DNA from: an uncultured Fibrobacterota bacterium
GTDB lineage: Bacteria; Fibrobacterota; Chitinivibrionia; Chitinivibrionales; FEN-1185
NCBI GenBank assembly: GCA_963753345.1
Contig: CAVWBU010000046.1
Span: forward strand, 1-57,254
Length of the DNA stretch: 57,254 nt
Reading direction: 5' to 3'
This document shows, piece by piece, positions 9,949-19,892 of this stretch. The translations under genes were made by a program, and so were the position numbers. The stretch's first letter is position 1. Each line of letters opens with the position of its first letter. The notes beneath the pieces are model-generated. The model was not told the origin of the DNA and made no database searches. It worked only from the letters and a program-made list of their open reading frames with translations.

Positions 9949-10020
9949 AGTGACAAAGTTACAAAGTAATTCTTTGTTTCCCACGTTTCAACGCTTCAAC
10001 TTTTCAACGTTTCAACGCTT
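9949..10020 (+). repeat. Octamer tandem runs (GTxACAAA)n and (ACGTTTCA)n
   Basis: GTGACAAA GTTACAAA GTAA; ACGTTTCA ACGCTTCA ACTTTTCA ACGTTTCA. Confidence 0.82.
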
Positions 10021-10034
10021 TGTCTTCTCAACCG

Positions 10035-10189
10035 CTCTCCTTGGGTGCCCCCGTACGGGTGCTTGATTTCTGCCACTGCATCCACTTGGGGTGCACCCAG
10101 GAAGGGGGAGCGCAGGACCGGCGCGTGATATACAGTTACCAAGACAAGGGCGCACCGGGCCGTAGCGAGGGGGAACCTTCCCCCACCAA
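10035..10189 (+). repeat. Structured repeat family B, copy 1
   Basis: CTCTCCTTGGGTGCCCCC...TTGATTTCTGC...CTTGGGGTGC...GGGGGAACCTTCCCCCACCAA. Confidence 0.8.
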
Positions 10190-10357
10190 GCTACTTGAAC
10201 GGCCCAAAACGAACCCCCAATTATCTTTCTTAAATATTAGGAATGGGTTTTCTGGCAGAAAACACTTTCTTTGGCCAGGCATTGACGGATCACGGAATGC
10301 AGTGTATGTTTATGATGATGGCACACTGTTCCGGACACTGGCCACAAGGAGGACCAC

Positions 10358-11969
10358 ATGCGTCTGATTAAAACAGCACTGGGTATGCTGGTTGCAGGTG
10401 TTGTGTTCGTATCGTATTCGACCGAGTGGGTCAAGCAGAACCCGCTTCCGCTCCAGTATTCGCTCACGCCGTATCATTTTCTGAATTACTACGGCATATC
10501 GGCGGCGGATTCGCTTCGCGCATACGGGTTTGGCTCGCAGTACGGCGATAGTGCATTGCTCTACTCCGAAGACGGCGGGAAAACCTGGGCAGCGCGGGTC
10601 ATACCCGGCCTGTGGTACAGTTTCTGCGGAGCAAGAGTCTTTTCCTGCAGCACCGTGGTCGTTGCCGGACACACGCTGTGGCAAAATACGGACATCGGCG
10701 CGATTTTCAGGACAAATGACGCCGGAAGAGATTGGAAGATCATCCCCCTGCCGGTCAAGGATGAGAATCCTTCCTTTGCCAGCACGATCACCAACGCCTC
10801 GTTTGCCGACAGCCTGAATTACTTCTTTGTCACTGGCCGCTATATTGACGCATCCTGGGACTACCAGCATTTTCTTACGGCAACGCATGACGGAGGCGTG
10901 TCGTGGTCGGAAACCCTTCTGCCTGCAGACCTCCAACAGTATGGGATATCGGTATCCGACATTTGTTTTGTTGATTCGTGCACCGGTTGGTTTCTCACCC
11001 AAAACACGCTCTGGAGCACAGGCGATTGCGGAACAACCTGGCAGCAGCGGCTTTTTACAGGGTACGGTCCAACAAGAATCCGTTTTCTGGATCGTCAGAA
11101 CGGGTGGCTTATCGGTCAGGCCGTTTTGCACACCGCCGACGGCGGCAAGACCTGGACCCAGCAGGTGCCCGGCGTTCCCTCTCAAAACGCCATCAAGTTT
11201 GCAGATCCGCTTAACGGATGGATTTTCTTGAGCGACAACCGGATCCTTCACTCGCGCGACGGAGGAAAAACGTGGCCGTTCCAATACAAGATCACCGGAT
11301 ACGACGGGCAGATCAACGACGTTGCATTTGTGAACCCGGCTTGCGGATGGGCAATCGGCAACGGCGGGATAATCCTTCACACAACGGAATTGCCCGTGCC
11401 GGTGATCGACAGCCAGTTTGCGTACCAGAACATCTTTAATGTGCCTTTTGTGTTTCACTATCCGGGATACCTGGACTCCCTTTCCTACGATTACACCATT
11501 CACTATGGCCCCCAGGGCATGACGATCAGCAAGGGCGGAACCATTTCGTGGTCGCCGGGCACCGATTCCTCGTTTCTCCAGCTGGTCGAGCTTGTCGTGC
11601 AGGGCGCGTCCGGCCAGAAGGATTCGGTTTCGTTTGTCGTGGCGGTGAATCAGGACAAGAAGCCGTTTACCGGGGTCAAGGACAACGTGAAGACACTTTC
11701 GTACGGCAAAAGCGGGATTGCCGCGGTCCACAATGTAAACGGCGGCATAAAATTCTATGTGGCCAAGAATGCGACATCGGCCGCGATCTTCGACCTTCGC
11801 GGGGCGCGAATTGGCAACGCTTGCCGCGTCACGATCAGCGCAGACCGGGTCTGAGTTTTCCTGGGACTTGCGGGAAAATTCACGGGGAAAAGCGGCGATG
11901 GGGACGTACATCATCCGGGTGTTGTCAAACGGCTCGGCGCTTGCGGAAAAGTTCACCATTGCGCCATAA
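10358..11969 (+). CDS. Secreted YCF48/BNR-repeat beta-propeller protein with FlgD/T9SS-like tail; frameshift at 11801-11804
   Basis: Repeated (S/T)xDGGxTW; main ORF stops at 11854, but removing one G from GGGG gives IFDLRGRELATL...GTYIIRV...KFTIAP ending at 11969. Confidence 0.8.
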
Positions 11970-12037
11970 GAACCTCCTGCAGACAAAGCTCTTGGTGGGG
12001 GCACCGCTTCGTGGTTTCCCGAGATAGTAGAAGAGTT

Positions 12038-12206
12038 GGGCGTTTCCCTCCCCCTCACTTCGCTCGGGGTCGGGTCGGTCAGGGTTAGGTCTCCCTCCGG
12101 GCTCGGCTGTTCGCCTCGTTGCCGGACCGCCCCTAGTCGCCTCCGGCGGGGGTTCGGCCGGCAATCCCGCTATGGGCGGGACCACTTCGGTCCACCTAAC
12201 GCGCGG
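12038..12206 (+). repeat. Family A structured repeat, copy 4
   Basis: GGGCGTTTCCC...GGTCCACCTAACGCGCGG. Confidence 0.82.
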
Positions 12207-12286
12207 CAGAGGAAATTTTTTCAGTCAATGTTAATTTTCACGCCAATTGGATTTTTCAGCTAAACCGTCAATGTCTGTCTTTCCAG

Positions 12287-12380
12287 CTGTCAACTGTCAA
12301 CCGCCAACTGTCAACTTTCAACTTCCTTCTCGGTGCCCCCGCAGCCGATAGTAACAAAGTGAGAAAGTCACAAAGTAGAA
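12287..12380 (+). repeat. Heptamer run plus GTxACAAA octamer run
   Basis: CTGTCAA CTGTCAA CCGCCAA CTGTCAA CTTTCAA; TTCTCGGTGCCCCCGCAG; GTAACAAA GTGAGAAA GTCACAAA. Confidence 0.82.
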
Positions 12381-12400
12381 GTAAGCGCATGGTACTACTG

Positions 12401-12518
12401 CTCTCCTTGGGTGCCCCCACACGGGTGTTGATTTCTGCAACTGCATCCACTTGGGGTGCGCCCGGAGGGGGTGACGGAGGACCCAGGGCCGCAGGCAGGG
12501 GGACACTTCCCCCGACAA
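12401..12518 (+). repeat. Family B structured repeat, copy 2
   Basis: CTCTCCTTGGGTGCCCCCACACGGGTGTTGATTTCTGCAACTGCATCCACTTGGGGTGC...GGGGGACACTTCCCCC. Confidence 0.8.
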
Positions 12519-12540
12519 ATAATTCTTCGCTTCGGCTCGT

Positions 12541-13110
12541 TCAAGGATTAAAAAGCATAACTCTGCCAAAAAGCCTGTTCACTGGAATAAAGTAGATGTG
12601 CTCGCCGCTGGTCGAGTCCTTCCAGTCGCGCGAGTCTTCGGACTCGTCGCGGTTGTCGCCCATCACAAAAACCATGCCCTCCGGGACCGCAAGGGGCCCC
12701 AGATTGTCTCCCACGAGAATCACGGTGTCGCGCGAATGATAGGCATACCGGTCGGCAGTCTTTCTTCCGTTGATGTAAACGTCCTTCTTTTTTATTTCAA
12801 GCGTGTCGCCCTCAACGGCGATCACCCTTTTCACCAGGTTGTGGCCTGCCAGAACAGGCGAGGGGAAAGCCACCACGTCGCCTGCGCGGGGTTTCCTGAC
12901 GCGAAAGGTGATTTTGTCAAGAACATAGCGGCACCCCACGTTTATCGTGGGCGCCATCGAGGAGGAGGTCACCTGGATCACGTCGAGGACGAAATGCTGC
13001 AGCAGCAGCGCCGCGCTAACCGCCACCAAAACGAGGAACAGAAAGCGGGTAAACGGGCGGCGAGGCCGGTTTTTCTGGGGACGGAAATGAGGGATTGTCC
13101 GCTTGACCAT
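12541..13110 (-). CDS. lepB: Signal peptidase I
   Basis: SSSMAPT (Ser), LVKRVIA (Lys), MGDNRDESEDSR. Confidence 0.93.
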   Translation of the reverse strand: MVKRTIPHFRPQKNRPRRPFTRFLFLVLVAVSAALLLQHFVLDVIQVTSSSMAPTINVGCRYVLDKITFRVRKPRAGDVVAFPSPVLAGHNLVKRVIAVEGDTLEIKKKDVYINGRKTADRYAYHSRDTVILVGDNLGPLAVPEGMVFVMGDNRDESEDSRDWKDSTSGEHIYFIPVNRLFGRVMLFNP

Positions 13111-13173
13111 GGTATGTCTTTTGCTTCGATTTTCCACTGTACGATCCTGCCGCCAACTGCAAACTGTCAACAG

Positions 13174-13542
13174 TCAACTTGCTTTTATGAAATCCGTCCC
13201 AATATGTCCCGCAGACATTGAAATCGGCGTTACATACGCTATTCCCATCCCAGGAACGTCAAGCCGCGCGGCGCGCACCACCATGTCGAAAATGGCCTGC
13301 GTGGCGGTCTTTTGCGAGACGATAAACACCACTTCCTTCTCCGGCACAATGGCAAGGCCCAGAAGGCCCAGTTTTTCCCTCAGGCCCATGCCCCGCGCAA
13401 AGAAGATCGTGGCGCCGCCTGCGCCGGCCTCAAGCGCGGCCTTTGCCACCTTGTCGGCCTTGCCCCGTTGTACCACGCAGGTGATGAGCTCCAGCGCTTC
13501 CTGTTCCTGCGCGGGCCGGTTGTTCGCATTTGTCACTGTCAT
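13174..13542 (-). CDS. P-II family regulator
   Basis: AGAGGATIFFARGMG, PEKEVV and PGMGIAYVTP motifs. Confidence 0.9.
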   Translation of the reverse strand: MTVTNANNRPAQEQEALELITCVVQRGKADKVAKAALEAGAGGATIFFARGMGLREKLGLLGLAIVPEKEVVFIVSQKTATQAIFDMVVRAARLDVPGMGIAYVTPISMSAGHIGTDFIKAS

Positions 13543-15200
13543 CAGCGCGCTCCCTCCGTTATGGCGGCCATTGCCGGTTCCGGTTTCGTTTCATATCGTC
13601 GCACGTAGAGTCCAAGGATCAGAATGTTAAGGACGGGATACGCGGAGGCGAGCGCCAGGATCCCGAACCCTTCGGCAAAACCCGTGGCGCGGCTCAGCGC
13701 GATACCAATGGCGATCTTGAGCGGCACCGTGACCGGTCCGGTGGTAACGGCGCCGCCGTCCCAGGCGATGTTGACGTATTTCTCGTCGCTCGCCATGGTG
13801 AGGAAAAAAAGGAGAACATAGGGCGGTATCAACAGATAGAGCAGATTGACTTTGCAGATAATCGAAACGATCCCCAGGCCCGCGCCCACGCCCACGCCGA
13901 TCGCGACCGCCTGGCTAAACAGCCATTTCTTGAACGCGCCCTGCGTCACGTCCTCCACCTGCCGGCCGAGGATGTTGAACGCCGGTTCCGCGAGCGTGGC
14001 GCCGTAGCCGAGGACCGCGCCGAAAGCGACTGCCAGCGCTTTGCCGACCGCGTCCGGGTACAGGGCCTGGGCCGGTGGACAAAAGGAGAACGGCAGGCGG
14101 TTGCCCACCTGGGTGCCGAGCTCGGAGAGGCCCACGGTAAGTCCGAAGTTGAAAAGTAACAATCCCGCCACGGCGAAACCCGCGCCCAAAACAAGCTGCG
14201 GAAACGGAGCTGCCTGCTCCTTGAGCACCAGCCGGAGAAAAAGCCATAGAAAGATGAAAATGGGCGCAACTGCCCGCAGCGCCAGCACCAGGGAGCTTCC
14301 CGAAGCCTGCCATGCGCCTGCGCTCGCGGTGGCAGGGTTTCGCACCGTGTCAATGTGCTGCACGCCGCAGCCCGCGAGCTGCAGGAGGATGGCGAGCAGG
14401 ATGACCGCGGTGACCGGCACCACGGAGATGAGGCCCGCCATGCCGAACCCTGCCAGTCCGGTGTCGGTTTTGCCCGTTGCCCGGCACACGCCGAGCCCGA
14501 GCGACAGCACGAGCGGGCAGAGCACCGGCCCCACGATGACCGCGCCGGTGTCCCACGCCAGTCCCACTGCGCTGCTCAGGATGTGATCGGACGACGCGAG
14601 CAGTGTGAGGATCATGGCGACGCCAATAAGCGGAAGAATGAGCGTCTTGAGGCTCCATCCATAGACAAACCGCAGGGTGCCGAGAAGGACCGCGACGCCG
14701 CTTCCCAGCGAGACGGTGAGGCTCAACAGGAGCGGGTTCTTGACAAGCAGGTAATACAGGAGCGGCGCCTTGGAAGGACTCACGCCGGAACCAGCAATCT
14801 GAAGGCTTGCGAGCACGGGCTCGCCGAACGCGGCAAGGTTCCCCAGAAGAAAGGCGAACACGAGGAGTACGGTCATGCTGCTTTTGTTCGGAAGCGTGTC
14901 GCCCACCGTCTCGCCAAGGGGCTCAAGGCCTATGCGCACGCCTTCGAGGAAGAAGACAAGCCCGACAATCACCAGCGCCACGCCGCCGGTGACCCATCCG
15001 ATCTTCGACAGCCCGTACCGCAGAAAAAGGATTTGAAACAGGGCCAGGTACAGGCAGACCGGCGCGACCGTGATCAGCTGATCTCGTACTCGATGCCACG
15101 AATAGGGCAGAAGAATATGCATTGCTTGACGGAATGAGACCTTGATGTGCGCCGGATGTGAAGGGCCGTTGGAAGGGATTTGTCCGTCGTTACGTTCCAC
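13542..15200 (-). CDS. DUF1538 family membrane protein (two fused domains)
   Basis: Two homologous halves (FGEP/LAEP; GLAWDTGAVIVGP / IAWDGGAVTTGPVTVP); coupled to the P-II gene. Confidence 0.88.
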   Translation of the reverse strand: MERNDGQIPSNGPSHPAHIKVSFRQAMHILLPYSWHRVRDQLITVAPVCLYLALFQILFLRYGLSKIGWVTGGVALVIVGLVFFLEGVRIGLEPLGETVGDTLPNKSSMTVLLVFAFLLGNLAAFGEPVLASLQIAGSGVSPSKAPLLYYLLVKNPLLLSLTVSLGSGVAVLLGTLRFVYGWSLKTLILPLIGVAMILTLLASSDHILSSAVGLAWDTGAVIVGPVLCPLVLSLGLGVCRATGKTDTGLAGFGMAGLISVVPVTAVILLAILLQLAGCGVQHIDTVRNPATASAGAWQASGSSLVLALRAVAPIFIFLWLFLRLVLKEQAAPFPQLVLGAGFAVAGLLLFNFGLTVGLSELGTQVGNRLPFSFCPPAQALYPDAVGKALAVAFGAVLGYGATLAEPAFNILGRQVEDVTQGAFKKWLFSQAVAIGVGVGAGLGIVSIICKVNLLYLLIPPYVLLFFLTMASDEKYVNIAWDGGAVTTGPVTVPLKIAIGIALSRATGFAEGFGILALASAYPVLNILILGLYVRRYETKPEPAMAAITEGAR

Positions 15201-15394
15201 GAGTGTCTCTTGATATTTGCGATTGAGGGCGAATTGGATCGTATCAGGTTATTGTATCATGATGCGGAAGGAAAATCAAATATCGCCCCATAATTCTGCG
15301 GGCGCCGCCGCTCCTTTTTGGGGAAAAGCCGTGTCTGTTGCCAACGTGCGCACGAAGTGGTATATTCGTGCATGATCCCGCAGAAGACCGTGGT

Positions 15395-15513
15395 ATTGAA
15401 GAACCCGCAGCAAGCTGCGGGGAATCTTCCATCCCTATGGAAAGAAAACATACTTATAGTCGCGCGCATTCCCCGGAGCAAGCTCGGGGGAATGCGCTCG
15501 CTGTGGGATTCAG
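15395..15513 (-). mobile_element. Family C miniature element, copy 3
   Basis: Minus strand CTGAATCCCACAGCGAGCGCATTCCCC...GGGGAATGCGCGCGACTAT...GATGGAAGATTCCCCGCAGCTTGCTGCGGGTTCTTCAAT. Confidence 0.72.
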
Positions 15514-15523
15514 GGAGGACTGT

Positions 15524-17365
15524 ATGAACCGCATCGTCCTGTTCGCGACGGCCGCAATCATCCTCGCATCAACCGCCGATATTTCAGCAATAGTCAACCA
15601 GCCGGTTCTTAAATGGGCCCGCGCCGGGTGTTATTCAAGTTGGTGCGAGACCGGATGGTATTCGTCACCCGCGGTCGCGGACCTGAACGGCGACGGCATT
15701 CCCGAAATCGTCGCCGGGGCCTACACCATCAACATCCTGAAGGGTATCGATGGCAGTGAGACGGCCTCGTTCAACAAGAATGGCAGCCGCGTCTGGTCGG
15801 GGATCATCGTCGCGGATATCAACAATGACGGCAGACCGGAGATCGTCGCGGCCTCGGGCGGCCAGATTATCGTGCGCGATTACAAGGGGGACACCCTGTG
15901 GACAAAGCAGATCATTACAAACGAATTGCGCGGCGCGGCCGCGGCGGACCTTGACGGAAGCGGAAAGCTGCGGCTTGTCGCCACCGCCGCTCAAAGCGAT
16001 TCGATTAACACGTGGGTTTATTCGTACGACGGAACAATAATGCCCGGATGGCCGCAGAGATCCAAAACAAAAGGATACAGCGCCGGCGTCTACAACGACA
16101 ATGCCGCGATCGGAAATCTGACCGGCGGTCCGACGCCCGACATCGTGGTGCCGTCGGACGTGCATTACATATGCGCTTATGCCGCAAACGGCACGGCGTT
16201 GCCTGCCGCCGCGGAATTCGGGAGCAAGACCTGGGGCGAGGTGGGCGTATGGGTCGACACTGCGCCGGAGTTGAGGGGATGGGGCGCCTGCGACGGAACG
16301 CCCGTGGAGAGCTTTCGCACGAATTTTGCCGAGGGAGCGGCGGTAATCGTGGATGTAAACAACGACGGCGTTCCGGAGGTCGTGGTCACCGGCAACGTGT
16401 ACGACTGCCATGCCGGGTATCCGCCGAGCAAGTACACCGGGGTTTACATTTTCAACCCGGACCGGTCGCGTTTCAAGAGCGGCCCGTACGACTGGACAAT
16501 CCCGCCTTCCGGTTTCGGCGCGCCCATCTGCGAAGACTACAACATCATCGAATCCTGCATTCCCGACCCCGTGGTGGCCGACATCGACGGCGACGGGATG
16601 AAAGAAATACTCTTCTCGTCGTACGACGGCAAGGTGCACGCAATGCATCTGGACAAAACAGAACACGGCAACTGGCCGTTTTCGGTGTATAAGAGCGGCG
16701 ATCCATTCTTCCGCTTCGCTTCGCCGCCGGTGGTTGCGGACCTGGACAACAGCGGCAAGGCCGAGGTGCTGTTCACCACCTGGACGCAGAAAGGTTCCAA
16801 CGCAACCGGCGACTTGTTCGTGCTCGACTACCTGGGTAATCTCCTGTACAAAGTTGCGCTTCCCCCGCCGTTCGGCGGCGCGACCTGGAACGGCGGGCTT
16901 GCGTCACCGACAATTGACAAAATAGATACGTCTGGAGATCTGAGTATTGTGATCAATACGGCAGCGAGCGGCATTGTCGCTTACGACCTTCCGGGGACCA
17001 AGAATGCCAGGGTGCTGTGGGGAACGGGACGGGGAAATTACAGGAGGGACGGGAATATCTTCAATGCGAATTCATCGGTCAATCCACGATTCAATGGTTT
17101 GCGTGCGGGAGAAGGGAAAATTGGCGGACGGATCCGCTGCGACTTTGCAGGACGGACAAGGATGTTGGCTGTGCCGTTTGGGGTTGACAAGGGGTTTGGG
17201 GCGGAGGTGTTTGATGTTGCAGGAAGGAAAATTTCAAGCTATGTTGCAGGATCGGTCCTGCATATTCAATCAGGCAGATCCGGATTGTATATTGTCAAGA
17301 TAGCCGACGAGAGCCAAAGGGGAAGCGCCGTTGTCAAATATGTTAAAATGCGCTTCGAGGAATGA
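15524..17365 (+). CDS. Secreted FG-GAP/VCBS repeat protein with T9SS-like C-terminal domain
   Basis: Signal peptide; repeated ADLNGDGxxEIV; tail VFDVAGRKI...SGLYIVKI; GGAGG RBS. Confidence 0.88.
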   Translation: MNRIVLFATAAIILASTADISAIVNQPVLKWARAGCYSSWCETGWYSSPAVADLNGDGIPEIVAGAYTINILKGIDGSETASFNKNGSRVWSGIIVADINNDGRPEIVAASGGQIIVRDYKGDTLWTKQIITNELRGAAAADLDGSGKLRLVATAAQSDSINTWVYSYDGTIMPGWPQRSKTKGYSAGVYNDNAAIGNLTGGPTPDIVVPSDVHYICAYAANGTALPAAAEFGSKTWGEVGVWVDTAPELRGWGACDGTPVESFRTNFAEGAAVIVDVNNDGVPEVVVTGNVYDCHAGYPPSKYTGVYIFNPDRSRFKSGPYDWTIPPSGFGAPICEDYNIIESCIPDPVVADIDGDGMKEILFSSYDGKVHAMHLDKTEHGNWPFSVYKSGDPFFRFASPPVVADLDNSGKAEVLFTTWTQKGSNATGDLFVLDYLGNLLYKVALPPPFGGATWNGGLASPTIDKIDTSGDLSIVINTAASGIVAYDLPGTKNARVLWGTGRGNYRRDGNIFNANSSVNPRFNGLRAGEGKIGGRIRCDFAGRTRMLAVPFGVDKGFGAEVFDVAGRKISSYVAGSVLHIQSGRSGLYIVKIADESQRGSAVVKYVKMRFEE

Positions 17366-17392
17366 CAATTTATTCACTGTAGCCTGCGGTTC

Positions 17393-17737
17393 TCACACTG
17401 CCAGCACCAACCTGATCCCCTCCTCAACCTCACTGATGATTTCTTCCGGGAGTTTTGCCGTCCGATGGGAAAGGCAGCTTTTGTCAATAGTCACCAGCTG
17501 CGAAACATTGATGACCGAGTCTTTTGGAAGGCGGCTTGCGCGTTTGGGGAGCAGAACGTTTCCCGGCGCCTGCGAAAGGTGGAGGTTGGACGTAATCACA
17601 GCGGCAATCACGGTGCTGATCACGCTTTGGTTGAATTCGTTGGATTGGACAATGAGCACGGGATGACGGTACCCGGGCTCTGATGCCTCGGGAATGGGCA
17701 AATTGGCCCACCATACTTCGCCCCGGCGGATTACCAT
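17393..17737 (-). CDS. mazF: PemK/MazF family toxin
   Basis: RRGEVWWANL...SEPGYRHPVLIVQ...DSVINVSQLVTIDK. Confidence 0.92.
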   Translation of the reverse strand: MVIRRGEVWWANLPIPEASEPGYRHPVLIVQSNEFNQSVISTVIAAVITSNLHLSQAPGNVLLPKRASRLPKDSVINVSQLVTIDKSCLSHRTAKLPEEIISEVEEGIRLVLAV

Positions 17738-17976
17738 TCTTCCCGCTTGATGGCGGCCATTTGCAATTGCACGATGGATTTCGGAAGTCGCGATTCGTGG
17801 CCAGCGCTATCGCCGTACACTGCATTGAGCCGCTGCGTAATGTCGGTTCGGCCGACTTCCCGGATATAATGCGATGCAGCTGCGGCAAAAAAACGGCTTC
17901 GCGACATTCGCAGCCTGTTGGCCGCCCGTTCCGCCGACCTGAACAGGGGGTCTGGAAGGGAGATGGCTGTTTTCAT
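17731..17976 (-). CDS. RHH/CopG (ChpI-like) antitoxin
   Basis: MKTAISLPDPLF...MSRSRFF...ITQRLNAVYG; overlaps the toxin start. Confidence 0.88.
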   Translation of the reverse strand: MKTAISLPDPLFRSAERAANRLRMSRSRFFAAAASHYIREVGRTDITQRLNAVYGDSAGHESRLPKSIVQLQMAAIKREEW

Positions 17977-17982
17977 GACAAT

Positions 17983-18012
17983 AGTATAACTCAGGTTATA
18001 CCGGGCTGTCAA
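17983..18012 (-). promoter_or_regulatory. Sigma70-type promoter and palindromic operator of the TA operon
   Basis: Minus-strand TTGACA (18012-18007), 18 nt spacer, TATACT (17988-17983); palindrome GTATAAC-TCAG-GTTATAC at 17984-18001. Confidence 0.75.
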
Positions 18013-18066
18013 ATGATTTGGGAAGGTAAAAAGGTTAATGGAGCAAGGCCGCGCCAACTTCTTGCC

Positions 18067-18120
18067 TTTTCAACGTTTCAACGCTTCAACGTTTCAACTT
18101 CTTCTTTCAACTTCTCAACT
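18067..18120 (+). repeat. Octamer tandem run (TTCAACGT)n
   Basis: TTTTCAACGTTTCAACGCTTCAACGTTTCAAC...TTCAACTTCTCAAC immediately after the nadE stop. Confidence 0.82.
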
Positions 18121-18122
18121 CT

Positions 18123-19766
18123 CTAACACTCATACTTCGCTGCCAAAGGAAACCTTCTCCCCATCCCGAACGCCTTCGGCGTTACCTTGAGTCCCGGCGC
18201 CGCCTGCCGCCTCTTGTATTCGCTGTTCTTGACAGCCGCAACAACCCACGCCACGGTCTTTTCGTCAAACCCTTTCTTTACTATTTCTGCCGCGCACAGC
18301 CCGTCCTCAACGAAAAGTTCGATTATAGGATCAAGAATTTCATACGGCGGCAGGGTGTCCTGGTCTTTCTGGTTCGGCCGGAGCTCTGCCGAGGGGGCTT
18401 TTTTTATGGAATTCTCCGGTATAACTTTCTTGTCTCGGTTGATGTACTGCGCCATCTTGTACACCATGGTCTTGGGAAGGTCGGAGATCACGCCGAGACC
18501 GCCGTTCATGTCGCCGTAGAGCGTGCAGTAGCCCACGGCGATCTCGCTCTTGTTGCCGGTTGACAGAAGGATATGGCCGAACTTGTTCGACAGGGCCATG
18601 AGGATGGTGCCGCGCACGCGCGCCTGAATGTTTTCCTCGGCAAGGTCCGGCTTCTTCCCGGCGAAAACGGGTTCGAGCTCCTTTGTAAACGCGGAAAACG
18701 CGCCTTCGATGGAAATAGCGGAGAATTTCACGCCGAGGTTTTCCGCTAGGCTGCGTGAATCCGCCACGCTGCCTTCGGAGGAATAGCGCGAGGGCATGGT
18801 GACGCCCCATACATTCTTTGCACCGAGCGCGTCCACGGCGAGCGCGCAGGTGACCGCGGAGTCGATGCCGCCCGACAGGCCGACAAGGGCCTTTGAAAAT
18901 CCGCATTTGTGAATGTAGTCGGAAAGCCCGCATACGATCGCGTCGTGCGCGCTTGCAATGGTGTCGAGCTGCGGCGCGGGGAGCACGGGCCCGAACGCCG
19001 CGGTGTTGACCACCTGCACGCATTCTTTGAATGCCGGGAGCATCGCCCGCAGGCCGCCTGCGGCGTCCACCGCCATGCTGTTGCCGTCGAAGATGAGCTC
19101 GTCGTTGCCGCCGGTCTGGTTCACAAATATAAACGGCAGCGAATGCCGCGCCGCATGCGCTTTGACAAGGGAGAACCGTATCTTTTCTTTTCCCATGTAA
19201 AACGGCGACGCGGAAAGGTTGACGAGGATTGTTGCGCCTTTCCCGGCGAGGTCGGCCACGGGGTCGAAATCGTAGAGCTGCCGCCGCCACATGGCGGGAT
19301 CGTTCCAGGCGTCTTCACATACAGTAATGCCGAGCCGCTCGCCCTTGAACGCGCACACGCTGCGGCCGGGGGCGGCATCGAAATACCGCGATTCGTCGAA
19401 CACGTCATAGGTGGGAAGGAGCGATTTGGCATGTTCGAAGACGATGTCGCCGTTGCAAACGAGAAGGGCAGAATTGGACAGCCGTTTGCCGTTGGGACGG
19501 CTGTTCGGCATGGCAAAGCCGAAAAGTATTCCTACGGCAGGAAGCGTCTTTGAATGCCGGCGGATATCGTCGAGCGCGGCCATGCCGCGATCCAGAAACC
19601 ATTGCTGTTCCAGAAGGTCACGAGGCGGATATCCCTGGACAAACAGCTCGGGAAACACGAACAGATCAACCCCCGCGGGCGCGGAAGAGATCGTTGCGAT
19701 GAGCTTTGCCGTATTGCCGGCAATGTCGCCGGTAACGGGATTGAGCTGGCACAGCGCGATTTTCAA
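18123..19766 (-). CDS. nadE: Glutamine-dependent NAD+ synthetase
   Basis: N-terminal nitrilase domain (FPEL, KSLLPTYDVFDE, VCED); GLSGGIDS, ENIQARVRG, TGNKSE, PSAELRP; TTG start after AAGGGAG. Confidence 0.96.
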   Translation of the reverse strand: MKIALCQLNPVTGDIAGNTAKLIATISSAPAGVDLFVFPELFVQGYPPRDLLEQQWFLDRGMAALDDIRRHSKTLPAVGILFGFAMPNSRPNGKRLSNSALLVCNGDIVFEHAKSLLPTYDVFDESRYFDAAPGRSVCAFKGERLGITVCEDAWNDPAMWRRQLYDFDPVADLAGKGATILVNLSASPFYMGKEKIRFSLVKAHAARHSLPFIFVNQTGGNDELIFDGNSMAVDAAGGLRAMLPAFKECVQVVNTAAFGPVLPAPQLDTIASAHDAIVCGLSDYIHKCGFSKALVGLSGGIDSAVTCALAVDALGAKNVWGVTMPSRYSSEGSVADSRSLAENLGVKFSAISIEGAFSAFTKELEPVFAGKKPDLAEENIQARVRGTILMALSNKFGHILLSTGNKSEIAVGYCTLYGDMNGGLGVISDLPKTMVYKMAQYINRDKKVIPENSIKKAPSAELRPNQKDQDTLPPYEILDPIIELFVEDGLCAAEIVKKGFDEKTVAWVVAAVKNSEYKRRQAAPGLKVTPKAFGMGRRFPLAAKYEC

Positions 19767-19801
19767 GCCCGCTCCCTTGGTTGAACGGACGCAAAAAACT
19801 T

Positions 19802-19892
19802 CACCACAGAGACACAGAGAGCACAGAGAAAAGATATATCTTGCCGTCAACTATCAACTATCAACTATCAACTGTCAACCGTCAACTGTCAA
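19802..19892 (+). repeat. CACAGAGA-type run plus seven heptamers (CT/CRTCAA)
   Basis: CACCACAGAGACACAGAGAGCACAGAG; CCGTCAA (CTATCAA)3 CTGTCAA CCGTCAA CTGTCAA; the last unit contains the gpmI stop. Confidence 0.88.

Noticed and set aside
10310-12058. 582-aa minus-strand ORF and other long antisense ORFs (for example 19988-21424, 15665-16666, 4486-5358)
   Set aside because: Shadows of well-supported genes on the opposite strand in GC-rich DNA; no motifs
15338-15523. N-terminal extension of the FG-GAP ORF
   Set aside because: Runs through a family C element; the signal peptide and GGAGG RBS support ATG15524
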